Origin: Entomortierella parvispora E1425
Lineage: Eukaryota; Fungi; Mortierellomycota
Length of the DNA: 64,000 bases
Direction of reading: 5' to 3'
Assembly: GCA_020891255.1 (NCBI GenBank)
Contig: BQFW01000007.1
Coordinates: 744,001 to 808,000, forward strand
Translations under genes and position numbers: made by a program
Shown here: positions 1-11,806 of the stretch, piece after piece
Layout: each line of letters opens with the position of its first letter
Numbering within the stretch: position 1 is the stretch's first letter
The notes under the pieces: model-generated
Databases searched by the model: none
What the model saw: only the letters and a program-made list of their open reading frames with translations
What the model was told of the DNA's origin: nothing

Positions 1-2488
1 TTCAGCCCCTAGCCAGGCGCTGGCATCGCACTCAATCCCTCGACCACTAACATCCTGGTCTGCGTCAAAATCATCGCCTCGAACAGACTTGGCACGTTTC
101 TTGGGCGATGACGCGAGCTCCCCTTCTGACGTCGTGTTCTCAGTCAACCCTTCTTCTGAGAATGCGAATGTTGAAACAGAGTCGTGTTTGTGTTCATCTG
201 CATGTGTGATTGTTAATCGAGGAATGCACTCCTCGCCGTCTGGCGTTTCATCTGTATCAAGCATGGACCGTGTGGTGGAGGTGGCCGTAGATATCGGAGG
301 GGTCAAAGCGCTGATGATAGTGGCTGGGGATAACGGTCTTCCAGGGGCTGGCTCCTGAATAAGTTGTACATTGACTGTCATGTTTTCGATGGAAGGTGAC
401 ATGGGTGACAGGTAGGCTTTTGAGCAAGCTGTTTCGAGGTCCAACATGCAAACAGGACTGTTGTTGTGAGGATGTTCCGGATCGGTGGCCATGATTAAAG
501 GCGAGGACGGACAGCTCTTGGTCGTGGTGGTCACTGTGGTCAAAGTGGTAGTAGTTGTTGTTGTGGTCGTTTGGGTCTGAGTTTGCTGCTGCAAGTTAGT
601 GCTGCTATTGTTGTCCAGAACGCCAGAGGACATAGCTGCCATGGCGCCGACTTTTGTACGTGTCACCTTTTCGAGGGCCGTAATATGATTTCCATTATAA
701 ACATAGGGAAGATCCAGCATGGTACCTTCAGTCCACAAAAGAAGAAAGGATGTTAGTATTCGAAATTGGAAAGGTTTATTGCGCATGGACCGATTCTTTT
801 TCTTAAAAAAAAACTCACCACTGTGACATGCATCCACGAGGGCAGTCAGTTGGACGCCTGCGGGTAGCTCTTTAACCAAAATGTCATACATCTCATCATC
901 CGAGATAATGCCTGACCGAAGGTAGTCGCAGGGATAAATAATCTCGTCGTATCCGTCCGCTTCATCTCCTACTGCAAATGTAGAGTAGAAAGAAGCAAGG
1001 TGAGTTATGTCTCTCCATAACCATCAAACATGGGTGCCTCCATTGCACCCCAGGAGCTCATAGTAACGGATGATGCCCCCTGTTTCGTGCTTACAGTGCT
1101 CTGCTTTGCCGTTGTACGAGAAGTCTTTGATCCGCCCACCGTGGCCTATACTCAGCATAGGGTGATGAAATTAGCCTGAGACCTATTTGCCCAAGCACAC
1201 ACATGTTCCGACGAGAGAAAAGTCCGACATCTGTTGTGCCTTGCTTACCCGCATAGTGAAAGAACAGTGAATCCTGAGGTTCAGCATCCTTGACCAGCCA
1301 TTTCATCCAGTAGCGAATGTTGGCCCCTGTAGGCCTCTTGTCCTCGTAGATCTGGTCGTCTGTCAGGATGATCGTGTCCTGGTATCGGAATCCATAGTAT
1401 CCATTTAGGAACCCAAATACATCCCGACTGTCATTAATGCAACCCAATAACTGGTTCGGATCTCCGAAGTAATTGATTCCAATCAACAGCGCCTTCTTTC
1501 GGTGGGGTCGAGTGGGCGTAGGTACCGTCCGCGGGATAACCGTTGTTATGGCAGCTTCTGCACTCTGATAGAGGGTATTGGCCTCCTTGATCTCCTGAAT
1601 GATGTTCTTAATGTCGTAGTCGCTGTTCAAGCCCGGGTAATTGTCGCTGCCACTATTGTTATATCCTCCGATTTCAGTTAGTGTTTGGGATGCTTGTTCC
1701 TCAGCCAGTTCTGATGTTGCTGTCCAAGTGTTTTTGGTATCGTTGTTCTTTTGAGTGGTCGGAGGCGGATGCGAAAAGTATTGGTGGCTTTCTTCTTCAG
1801 GGTTGCTAGAGGGATCAATGACAGACTTTGTTGATCGAGTAGGTGTCTTTTGACCGGGTGGCAGGTTATTATACGCCTGTTCAAGACCGGACGTGGTGCT
1901 GCCTTCCGGCAAGGACAATAACAGTGAAGGCTGTAGGGATTTGGAGGTGTTCGTATCCTGGGGCTCGATGGCCGAGTCTTCCAAGCGGAATGCTTCTGCT
2001 TGAAGTTGCGGTGAGGAGAGCGGCAGGGGCTCCTGGGAGTATGTGGCTGAGACATCGGCGAGAATTGGCGCGGTATTGTATGAGGAGAGGGAGGAGACCG
2101 AAGAGCAGGAGGACAGTAAGAGGATCGGGGAAGACGGTATATCCTCGTCTTCCACAATTTGTTCCACTGTTTCCTGCAGCTCGTGTTGTTCCTGCTGCTG
2201 CAGCAGCAGCAGTTGTTGTTCTTCCGTCAGTGAATCATGCACCGACATCAAGGTCACTTGGACACCCTGTCGGTCCGCATTCTCTAACGCGTTAGCGCCA
2301 TCGAGCTCTCGAGAGACAGTCGAGATGCCGTCCAAAGGATCGTGATGATGGTGTGCCTTGTGCAGTTCTCGTTCCTCTTGTTCCTGTTGTAGTTGAAGAC
2401 GCATCAGCTCTTGTACGACGCGGGTAACATCGGCCAGGACAGTAGGATCGATATCGCAGTCGGAAGGCGGAGGTGGTGAACAAGACAT
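1..2488 (-). CDS. MCA1: Type I metacaspase (3' end runs off the window start)
   Basis: Motifs [21 protein letters not shown]|HGG (catalytic His) and DACHSG (catalytic Cys) after splicing exons 2488-1249, 1145-1095, 971-819 and 725-1. All introns are GT-AG and phase-compatible. Confidence 0.9.
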
Positions 2489-3016
2489 GGTATAGGATGA
2501 CAAGTAAGATCGAAGAGATCGGGAAAAACGGGTGTTTGAAGGGGGGGAGGGAGACAGGGGAGAAGGAGGAGGACGAAAGGTGGGGTCAAATGTTTGTTGC
2601 AGGAGTGGGGATGGATGATCAGCGGGAGCGAGGCGGGCGATCAGCGGCAAGGGGAGGATGAGGATTAGGGTGGAGTATGAAGAAAGGACAATATCAGACA
2701 AGGAGAAGAAGCAAAGAAGCGCGTTCCTTTTAAAAGAAGAAGGAAGAGAGGCGAAGAAAGAGATTGAGAGAGGCGAAAAAAAGGGCAAGTGCCGGAAAAT
2801 AAGGTTGTCAGCAAGGAGAAGGGAGCAGGAGACACAGCGAGCGAGCGAGCGACGGAAGGAAGGGAGAGAGGGACAAGAGGCGAGGCAGGACCAGAAGAGG
2901 GGGGTGTGGTACGTGCGGTCAATGAGAGAAGGAAGGCGAGGAAGGAATGAAGGATGGAATGAAAGAAAAGGATCGTAATGAGCTGACTTGAATGCACATG
3001 ATGTAGAGAAGGGCGA

Positions 3017-3043
3017 TGAGCTGAGCTGAACTGAGCTGAGCTG
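3017..3043. repeat. Short (TGAGC)n-like tandem repeat
   Basis: tgagctgagctgaactgagctgagctg, about 5 units with one variant, upstream of the metacaspase. Confidence 0.6.
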
Positions 3044-4978
3044 TGAGTGGTGGTGTGTTCGGTTGGTCAGGCTGACTGTGTGCCTGCCTGCCTGCCTTGC
3101 CTTGTCAAGAGTCCACAGGGTGGACTATCGTCTCTGCTGCTCCCTTCTCTTCCTCCCCCCCTCCCTCTTGTCCCCCCACTTCGGGCACTTTGATCTTCCT
3201 GCACTTTCTTTGCCAATCTCCAAAGCATTGGGCACCAGCTGGGTGTGGCCCTTTGATCAACTGGGCAGTAGCAGGAGTGTCTGCATGCTTATTCACCCTT
3301 GACATCCACACCGAAAATGAACAATCGGGCAACCACAGCAGCACCACCCTAGCGGCACCATGTTGCATTGTCACCATCGAGGCATGATGACGACAAACAA
3401 AAGTGCGTGTGTCTGTCCACCACCCTCACTCCCTGTCTCCTGTTCCATCCTTCAGGGTTCACAAACACGCCCCTTGGATATCTGACGACCTCCCTCGTCC
3501 ATGCAAGGTCATATCTTCCGGTAGCAATTTTCTTTTGGACCTGTCTATCATTGTCGGTTCTGTCTGTTCGAGTCGTTGGTGACAGCTATCATCTCCACAA
3601 TGGAACATATCCAGGTCTAGTTCTGTTCTCCTGCCCCTTTCTTTTTTTCTTCCGCCCTTGTTTCTCGTGAGTTTGTAGCAGATCATGGATTCCAATGCAT
3701 GCAATTTCTACCTTTATTGGCACATCATCTCCATCGTTGACGCGCTTCTCCTCTTTTATTATCATCCTTTCTAACCGCTGGGTGTAACCATCCGATAACT
3801 TGCTAGTGTCCACCTGGACAAAATAGGAACACCGATGGCCATTGGTGATTCTTTGGTGTTATGGTGTGGTCAGCTTCTGTGAGCTCGTTACTTCACTTCT
3901 CACAGCCCGGGTCTATGGCTCTATCGAAACGGTGGCTTACGACCACCGTCTGTTTGTCAATTGAACGTGGAAGCCAGACGACCCATGCATGTACCATCCT
4001 ATGCTCAAATGAAAGAGCCGTTCTCTCTACCTGTAAAAAGTAAAGATCTTTACTTTATGGCTGATGGATATTTGTACCGGATGTTGCCAATCAAATTACC
4101 GAAACGAATAGGGAAAGAGTAAATAGGAGAAGGCTTTGGGAGATGTACAATAGGCGCCGCTGCGCGTTTCCTACAGATGGATCAGGGGTATGTATGTCTT
4201 CTAACAAAGAGCAGGTCGGGTAAATCCACTGATGGGATGCTGCCGGGTTGCCCCTGTCTCTATTTTTTTTTTTATTATTTTTGTTTCTTGTGCGTCAGCC
4301 ACCATTTTCTGACAAATTCACGCCGTGTTCCAAACCCACGTTCATGACCTGCAAGGTCGTTCGAGCAGTCTGTGCGCCCGAATTGCGCGATTTTTTTTCT
4401 TTGACAGGTTCTCTTCTGTGTTCCGTTGAAAATGTTCCATCAGCGCAGCGTCCTCTGCGGATCAATTCAAATGTCAAAAAAAAGAGGGCTCTTGGATGTT
4501 TGTACTCCCGCCGCACAAGGGGAGACCAGAAAAGGCGAAAAATAAGAAATTGTGGCAGCCACGATGACAGGAATGGACCCCGCAGTTGCCAAGTACAAAG
4601 GGCAAAAAAGGCAACAGCAAGGATCTGATAACCTCTCATACCGCGAAAGCTGCCTAGAGGAAGGCGCGGCGCTTTGAGAACTTGACTGCGCGGTTTGAGA
4701 GGAGGAGTGTTATTTGTCCATGTCAGCAACCCATCGGGTCAATTGTGGCAGTTGGACATGACGAAGTGGGTGTGCTCACAAATCAAAAGAAGCTTAAACA
4801 TCTTGTTATAAAAAGGACCCCCCATCGTGCCCTGCTTTCCTTCTTCTCTTCATCCTCAGCTCGCTTCTCTCGCCTGCCTCTCTTCTTACCCTCCCCACTG
4901 TTCCCACCCTCCCCACCCTCCCCACTCTTCCCACCCTCTCCACTCTTCTCTGCACCTCATTTGAACTGTCCTATAGTC

Positions 4979-7119
4979 ATGAACGCAGAAGAAACCGACA
5001 ACAGGTCGCACTCAACTGTGGTGCAGACCAACTTTGAGGGAGACGCTGATTTAGACAACTCGGTTGCAGAGAAGACAGTGTCTAGCTCATCCACCGATCT
5101 GGAAGCCGCTCCAGTTGCATCACCACCAATACCAGCCGCTGCACCAGAAGCACCAGCATTCCAAGATTTTGGACCCAAAGTCCCCTTGACTCGTGTCCGC
5201 CGAGTCTTGGTTTTCCTTGGAATCACCATTACCCTGTTCTTGGCCGCCTTGGACCAGACAATCGTCACCACCACATTACCTTCCATTGCAAAAGACTTCA
5301 ACAACTTTGCAGACATCTCTTGGATCGGAACCGCATATTTGTAAGGCCATTCATTGCTGCAGGATCAAATTTCATCGCTCTAAAAGCTCAACCACTCGTA
5401 ACTGACATCTGTCTCTCCCTTTCCTTAGACTGGTCACCACCGCAATTCAACCCTTGTATGGAGTGGCTGCAGATCTCGCTGGACGCAAGAGAGCCATGTA
5501 AGTTTTTATTTTGAGTTTGGGTGAAGTAGGGATTCAGGAAAAACCCCACGCAGGCTGCGCAACGAAGGGGTGTGTGCACATTTTGACGCGAACAAATCAT
5601 TAACGTCCCGTTCATCTTCTTTCAACAGGATGTTCGCTTGCACCATCTTCATGATAGGCTCGGCTCTTTGTGGTGCCGCTCAAAGCATGGTTATGCTCAT
5701 CGTAAGTCGTCTTTTGTTATCGTTTCTCCGCTCATTGACCCACTTTTGCAGTTTGACAATCACACACACAAAAAAAAAAAAAAAAAAAGTTTACCCGTGC
5801 CACCAGACTCAGAAAATGCTTGGCCCAATTGAAGTTTGGCTCAAACAGGAGACTAAAAATTTCTTTCATTTCTTTTGTTGATCCAGATCGCAAGAGCTAT
5901 CCAGGGTCTTGGTGGAAGTGGTATCATTGCCCTGAGTATGATCTTGGTTGCCGACATTGTTCCTCTTCGTGAGCGTGGTACCTATCAGGCCTTGATTGCC
6001 CTCATCTTTGCCATCGCCGCTGTCCTTGGTCCCCTCCTTGGAGGTGCGTTCACCGACTATGCCACCTGGAGATGGGCCTTCTTTGTGAACCTTCCAGTCG
6101 GTGCTGTTGCCATGACGTTCTTGGTGTTATTCTTGCACATGAAGCGTCGCAAGAATGTATCCTTGGCCACCAACCTCAAGTCCTTGGATTACTCTGGAAT
6201 TTTCCTCTTGGTCATCTCAATTGTTATGATTCTTCTGGCTTTGAACTGGGGGGCTGACGCAAAGTACGCATGGAACTCGGCCGCCATCCTCTCCCTCTTG
6301 ATCGTCGGAATCGTGCTCGTGATTGTGTTCTTGGTCAACGAATGGAAGTTTGCAAAGAGACCTATCATCCCTCTGAGACTGTTTGGCACCTGGTCACTTG
6401 CCATCTGCTACCTTGCTGTCTTCATGCAGGGCTTTATCTTCCTCGGGTTGTTGTTCTACTTGCCCTTGTACTTCCAGGCTGTCAACGGATCAGATGCAAT
6501 CCAGTCTGGTATCGATCTCTTGCCATATGTCATCGTAGGATCCGTCACAGCCATTGTTGTCGGCTTATTGATGAGTCGTTGGGGTACCTACAAGGAATTC
6601 ATCGTCATCGGTTGGGCGATTGGAACAGTATCAGCCGGACTGTTGATCACATTTGACGAAAACACATCGAAGGGCAAGGTCGTTGGAGTTCTCATAGTTC
6701 AAGGTATGAGCATGGGTCTGACCGTCAACACCCTCTTGTTGGGCGTACATGCTCAGCTGATCAACAAGGCCGATTTGGCTCTCGGTACATCCCTCTGGAC
6801 GTTCTTGAGAACCCTAGGAGGAGTCTTTGGAATTGCCATCGGAGGCACGTTTGTCCAGAGCAGCTTGAGCAAAGCAAACGCGGCTCAGTACGCACAAAAC
6901 ATCCCAGCGATTGCGTCCTTGCCACCAGATGTGAAAGCCCCCGTCCTTAGAGCCTTTGTAGTGGGATTGCAGCGATTCTTTATTGTGATGACCGTCATGT
7001 CGGGTGTTGGCCTGATCTGTTCCTTGTTTATCAAGAAGGTCAAGATGGGCCATAAGCAGGGCTCAAACAAATCAAACGTGAAGGAGGGAAGCGCTCCCTC
7101 GCCTATGATCGCCGAGTAA
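4979..7119 (+). CDS. MFS drug:H+ antiporter, 14-TM DHA2 type (about 578 aa)
   Basis: Exons 4979-5340, 5429-5497, 5629-5701 and 5887-7119 join in frame. Motifs LFLAALDQTIV, WIGTAYLL, ARAIQGLGG, DIVPLRERG, GPLLGGAF and WRWAFFVNLP, plus many hydrophobic segments. Confidence 0.92.
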
Positions 7120-8746
7120 ACAGGCTCCTTTCCACCCCTGCAGATCCTTTTTTTTCAAGGCTATCTATTCTTCTAGATAGACATTTTATCCCTATACCTC
7201 CCTCTCGTAGCATCTCAATACACATCATATCATCATGCATGTTTCTTTAAAAAAAACAACCATGTATTTCGCTTTTCGCTTTTCGCTTTTTGATCGCCCA
7301 AGGGTCTATGACATTGCAGCTTGACCTGAACCTGAAGTAGAGAAATCATGACGAGAGATCTGTCCAGGCTAAAAAAAAAAAAAAAAGGACAAAGTGATAT
7401 AAACTACGAAGGTGAAATTCATCGACAAATGAGATCATTGAAGTTGCTGCATTGCTCACGGCCGATGCTGTCCAGGGTACATACACAATCTATTGAGCCA
7501 TCCAATTTCGAGAAGAGACAGAGAGAGAGAGGACATTTATGGTAATTAAGCGCTTCCTGTGTCAGGCTGTGGAGGCGCGTTACCGGTGTTACCAAGCAAA
7601 CAAACAAACAAGACCAAGTTCGGTGTGTGTCCGTGGGAACTAAAGTACAAGGCAGTAGCTGCTTTTGCAAGGCGCGCCATTTTTCAGTCTTTGAAACAGC
7701 AGATGGTGAGAGCAAGATGACTTGCGGATGACTCCATGAAAAGTGACTGTCGCGGGTCATCAAGGACAAAACGGCCGCTCCAGAGTGGGGGCTGCAAGGT
7801 CATGATGGCCGGCATCCGCTCGCGTGCAGCGATATATGCACTGGGCTACATACGTCGTTAGTGGTATTTCAGTACAGTTGCGTATCGGCAGCCTTTGGCC
7901 GGGCAATGCAGAGATACGAGAAAAGAGAAAAGACGGTTCGATCGAAGAAATCTGCCAAAGAGGATGAAAAAGAGCGGGTGCTCTCACCTTGCGCGTGCTT
8001 TGTTGACCCTGAGGTCCAGTGGTGATTGGATTCCGTGAGCAATTTGGTTTACCGGGCGTATATAGGACGGAAGAGGACGGCGGTGCTCACAACCATGATC
8101 GCGCTCTCTCTCTCTCTCTCTCTCTTTTTCACTCGCAGCCCGGTTTTCTTGTCCATTTGTATTGAGAGGGGATGGCGTCTTTCTGTCCTTGGTGTGCATG
8201 ATGAGAAAAAAAAAAAAGAGTTTTCGACACGGCCTCGGCCAACGAGGGCAAAGAGAGTTTCTGTTTGCCTTGATGTCTTGTGCTCGTCTTTTCTTTTTAT
8301 ATTTTGCATGGTATCCGCTCTCAAGGCTGACCTTTCTTTATTGGATAGTCCGTTCTTCACGTACTTCCAGGGGCGAGATCGCTTTCCCAGGGGCGTAAAC
8401 TAAATTGTGAAGGTTACACACCGCCATGCAAGGGCATCTCTACCCGGTAACCTCAATTCAATGAGTTCATTGTCCTGTTTTCTGGGAATCGCTGCGGATC
8501 TGTCTTTCCTCCGTCTCTTCAAAAAGGTTGGCTCTCATTTCACTTGACTAAACCCAACATACTGGCAGGGCAACAAGCAGCCGAGTATCGTTTCCTTATT
8601 CGCGTGATGTATTAATATCAACATATACAATAGCGTCGAGAAAACGAATGTTTACCGAAGTGAACATGAACTCTCCTCAGTTGTCACGGAGAAAACTCAT
8701 GGGAATCCTGTGTTTGTTGACAGCTCGGCCCTTGCCCTTCGAAGAG

Positions 8747-8752
8747 TATAAA
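8747..8752 (+). promoter_or_regulatory. Candidate TATA box of the subtilisin gene
   Basis: TATAAA about 155 nt upstream of the ATG, followed by a CT-rich tract. Confidence 0.3.
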
Positions 8753-8906
8753 GAGGATCCTCATTCCCCCCTCCTTTTGTTCTTTAGACATTTCTCTCTC
8801 CCTCCATTCAGACTAGCCTTCTCCGCTACCCCTCCTCCTATCCTCCCCTCCTCCTATTCCTCTTCCAACCCCTTCCTTGATTATCTACTAATCACAGAAC
8901 ACAAAT

Positions 8907-11619
8907 ATGAAGTTCACTGCTACCATTCTCAGCTTGGTTGCCGCCGTAACCGTGGTTTCCGCTGCTGGCCAATTGGTCCCTGCTGACCGTGCCAATCCCG
9001 ATATTGTCGAGGGTGCCTACATTATCGAGTACCAAGACGGTATTGATCACAACAAGGCCAACAACTTCTTGAACTCTCGCAAGGTCCAGTACAAGGTCCG
9101 TGGTCAATTCTCGACTTTTAACGGCGCCTCCATCCAAGTCAAGTCTGCGCACACTGGCGAGGATTTGGCCAAGATTCCCGGTGTCAAGCGTGTCTGGCCC
9201 GTCGAGGTTTTCACCTTGCCTCCCCAGCCCAAGAAGAACCAGCTCGGTTTGCCCACGGATCCCATCAGGCAAAAGTTGTCTTCGGCTCACACCATGACTG
9301 GGGTTGACTACATCCAAAAGACCTTCAAGTACACCGGAAAGGGTGTCAAGGTTGGTATCGTCGATTCCGGTATTGATTACACCCACCCTGCCCTCGGTGG
9401 ATGCTTCGGTCGCGGATGCCGTGTCCGTTACGGATGGGACTTTGTCGGTGAGGACTACGACACCACCGGTGTCGCCAAGGGTGACTCTGACCCTCGTGAT
9501 CAGTGCAATGGACACGGAACTCACGTTGCCGGTATCATTGGTGGTGACGCGCGCAAGGTGAACGCCCCCATTCCCTTCGTCGGTGTTGCCCCCGAGGTTA
9601 CCTTTGGTGCCTACCGTATCTTCTCTTGCAAAGGCAAAGGAGCCACGGACATCATCATGCAGGGCATGGAATTGGCATTTAACCAAGGCATGGATATCAT
9701 CAACATGTCTCTCGGTGGAGGATCCGCATGGAGAAACAACCCCCTTGCTCTTTTGGCTGAGAAGCTTCATGACTTGGGCATGACCACCATCGCCGCTGCC
9801 GGTAACGATGGTGATCAGGTAATGAAATGGCCCTGCTTACTCTTGTACCCCAGTAGACGAGGTCAATCCGCCCTTAATTTTTTTTTGCTAATCTCTCTTT
9901 TTTTCTTTCTTTCTCTCTTTCCATCAGGGTGCCTGGATGGTATCAAACGCTGGATTGGGTGCCACCACCACCTCGGTTGCTTCTTTCGATAACGTTGGAG
10001 GCAACTATTTCTACTTGACCTACGCCGGCGGCGCCGAGCACCCTTACTCTATTGCCTCAGCATATGGCCATGACTCTGTCAACCTCCCCGCGAACGTTCC
10101 TCTCGTTCCGCTTCTCGAGAAGGACGGTTCCCTCTCCGACGGTTGCGCCCCTGAGCCTTACGCTGCCGCCAACGCCAAGGGCAAGGTTGTCCTTGTTCTC
10201 GGAGACATCACTCGCTGCCGCTCTGGTGGTCGTGGTGCAGTTGCCGTCGCTGCTGGCGCCGCTGGTATGGTCATCCAGACCACTCCTTTGGGATTGAGCA
10301 GCATCGCCGGTGTTGCTGATTTCCCCATGGTCTCTGTTGATCACGGTGCCGGTGAAGAGATCCTGGCTGCCTACAACAAGAACCACAATGCTGTCCTCAC
10401 CTGGTCGACCAAGAAGAAGATGTTCAAGGTCGAGGGCGGTGGTTCTCCTTCTGATTTCTCGTCCTGGGGATTCGATGGTAACTTGCACTTGAAGCCCGAT
10501 ATTGCTGCCCCTGGTGGCAATATCCTTTCGACCTACCCCGTCAACATGGGATCTTACGCCATTGAGTCTGGTACCTCTATGGCTACTCCTTACGTCGTCG
10601 GTGCCCACGCCTTGTTGTACAACGCCCACAAGCGTGTCCTCCGCGGAAAGGATGCTCGTCAGATCTTCATGAACACTGCCCACCCCGGTCACTACGCCGG
10701 CAACCACTCTGACCCCGCCCCCGTTGCCAAGCAAGGCGCTGGTCTGATCAATGTCCGCAACGCCCTCTTGACCGCCTCTGTTTTCTCCCCCGACAAGATT
10801 GAGCTCTTGGACTCTGTCCACTTCACCGGCAAGTCCGTTGAGGTCCGTGTCAAGAACGTTGGCAAGAAGACGGTCGAGTACACTTTGAGCCACGAGTTTG
10901 CCGAGTCTGGCATCCACTACCGTGGCGGAAATACCTTCCCCTTGGCCGTCCCACTCATTGAAAACGACCACGCCTCTGTCAAGTTCTCTTCGAGCAAGAT
11001 CACCGTCAAGGCCGGTCAGACTGCTAAAGTCAAGGTCCAGATCACTCTGCCCAAGACCGGCAAGAACGAGGAGTTCCCCTTCTACTCTGGCTGGGTTGTC
11101 GCCACCCCCAAGGGCAAGGATGCCATCCCTGTCCGTATTCCTTATTCCGGTGTCAAGGGCGATATCTCTAAGCTCCCTATCCAGGATACTGATGCTGGTG
11201 CCCCCATGTTGCGCTTGATCCGTGGTGGAAAGACTGTCGTTCCCGAGCCCGGCCACAAGCTCGACTTTACGGAGGAGACCCCCGTTATTGTCTCCCGCAT
11301 TGGTTCCCACACCCCAGACTTGACCTTCCGTCTCGTTGATGCCAAGACTGGCGCCCATGTTGGCCACATCGTCACCCAGTACGGTAACTTTGGAGGAGAG
11401 TTTGGCCGCGCCAAGAACTTGGATGACAAGGGCAGAATCTCTGCCTTGACCATCCGCTGGATGGGACCCCAGATCTTCAAGGACTCCAACCCCGACACCA
11501 AGCCCATCGATGTTCCCGCAGGCCATTACAAGGTTGTTGTTGCCTCCCAGCACCAGCTCACCAAGGGTGTTTTCCCTGCTGACTATGAGGTCATCGAGGT
11601 CGCCGATATCACCATCTAG
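8907..11619 (+). CDS. Secreted S8 subtilisin-like protease with PA insert and C-terminal fn3-like region (about 867 aa)
   Basis: Signal peptide MKFTATILSLVAAVTVVSA. Catalytic triad motifs VGIVDSG, GHGTHVAG and SGTSMATP. One intron 9819-9927. PA-like GKVVLV..RC..G segment. Strong C-ending codon bias. Confidence 0.93.
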
Positions 11620-11806
11620 ACAGCGATACAGGCGATTCAATGAATTCCCACAAACTCCCCCTTCCCCTTTCCTCATCTCATCATAGATATCATCAATAAT
11701 ATCTCTTTCATGAACTTGTTACCAAAATAAACCAAGGAAGGCAGGTCCTTTCTCGACCCATGTTTAAAGATAGATATTAAAAAAAATATGAGATTATTTT
11801 AAGTTT

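Noticed and set aside
2489-2788. In-frame upstream extensions of the metacaspase and F-box ORFs (also 23610-23702 and 58761-59081)
   Set aside because: They translate CT-rich leader sequence into F/S/L/P low-complexity peptide; the downstream ATGs match family N-termini.
8892-11676. Long antisense ORFs (292 aa and 539 aa) opposite the subtilisin
   Set aside because: Shadow ORFs caused by the strong codon bias of the sense gene; no independent motifs.
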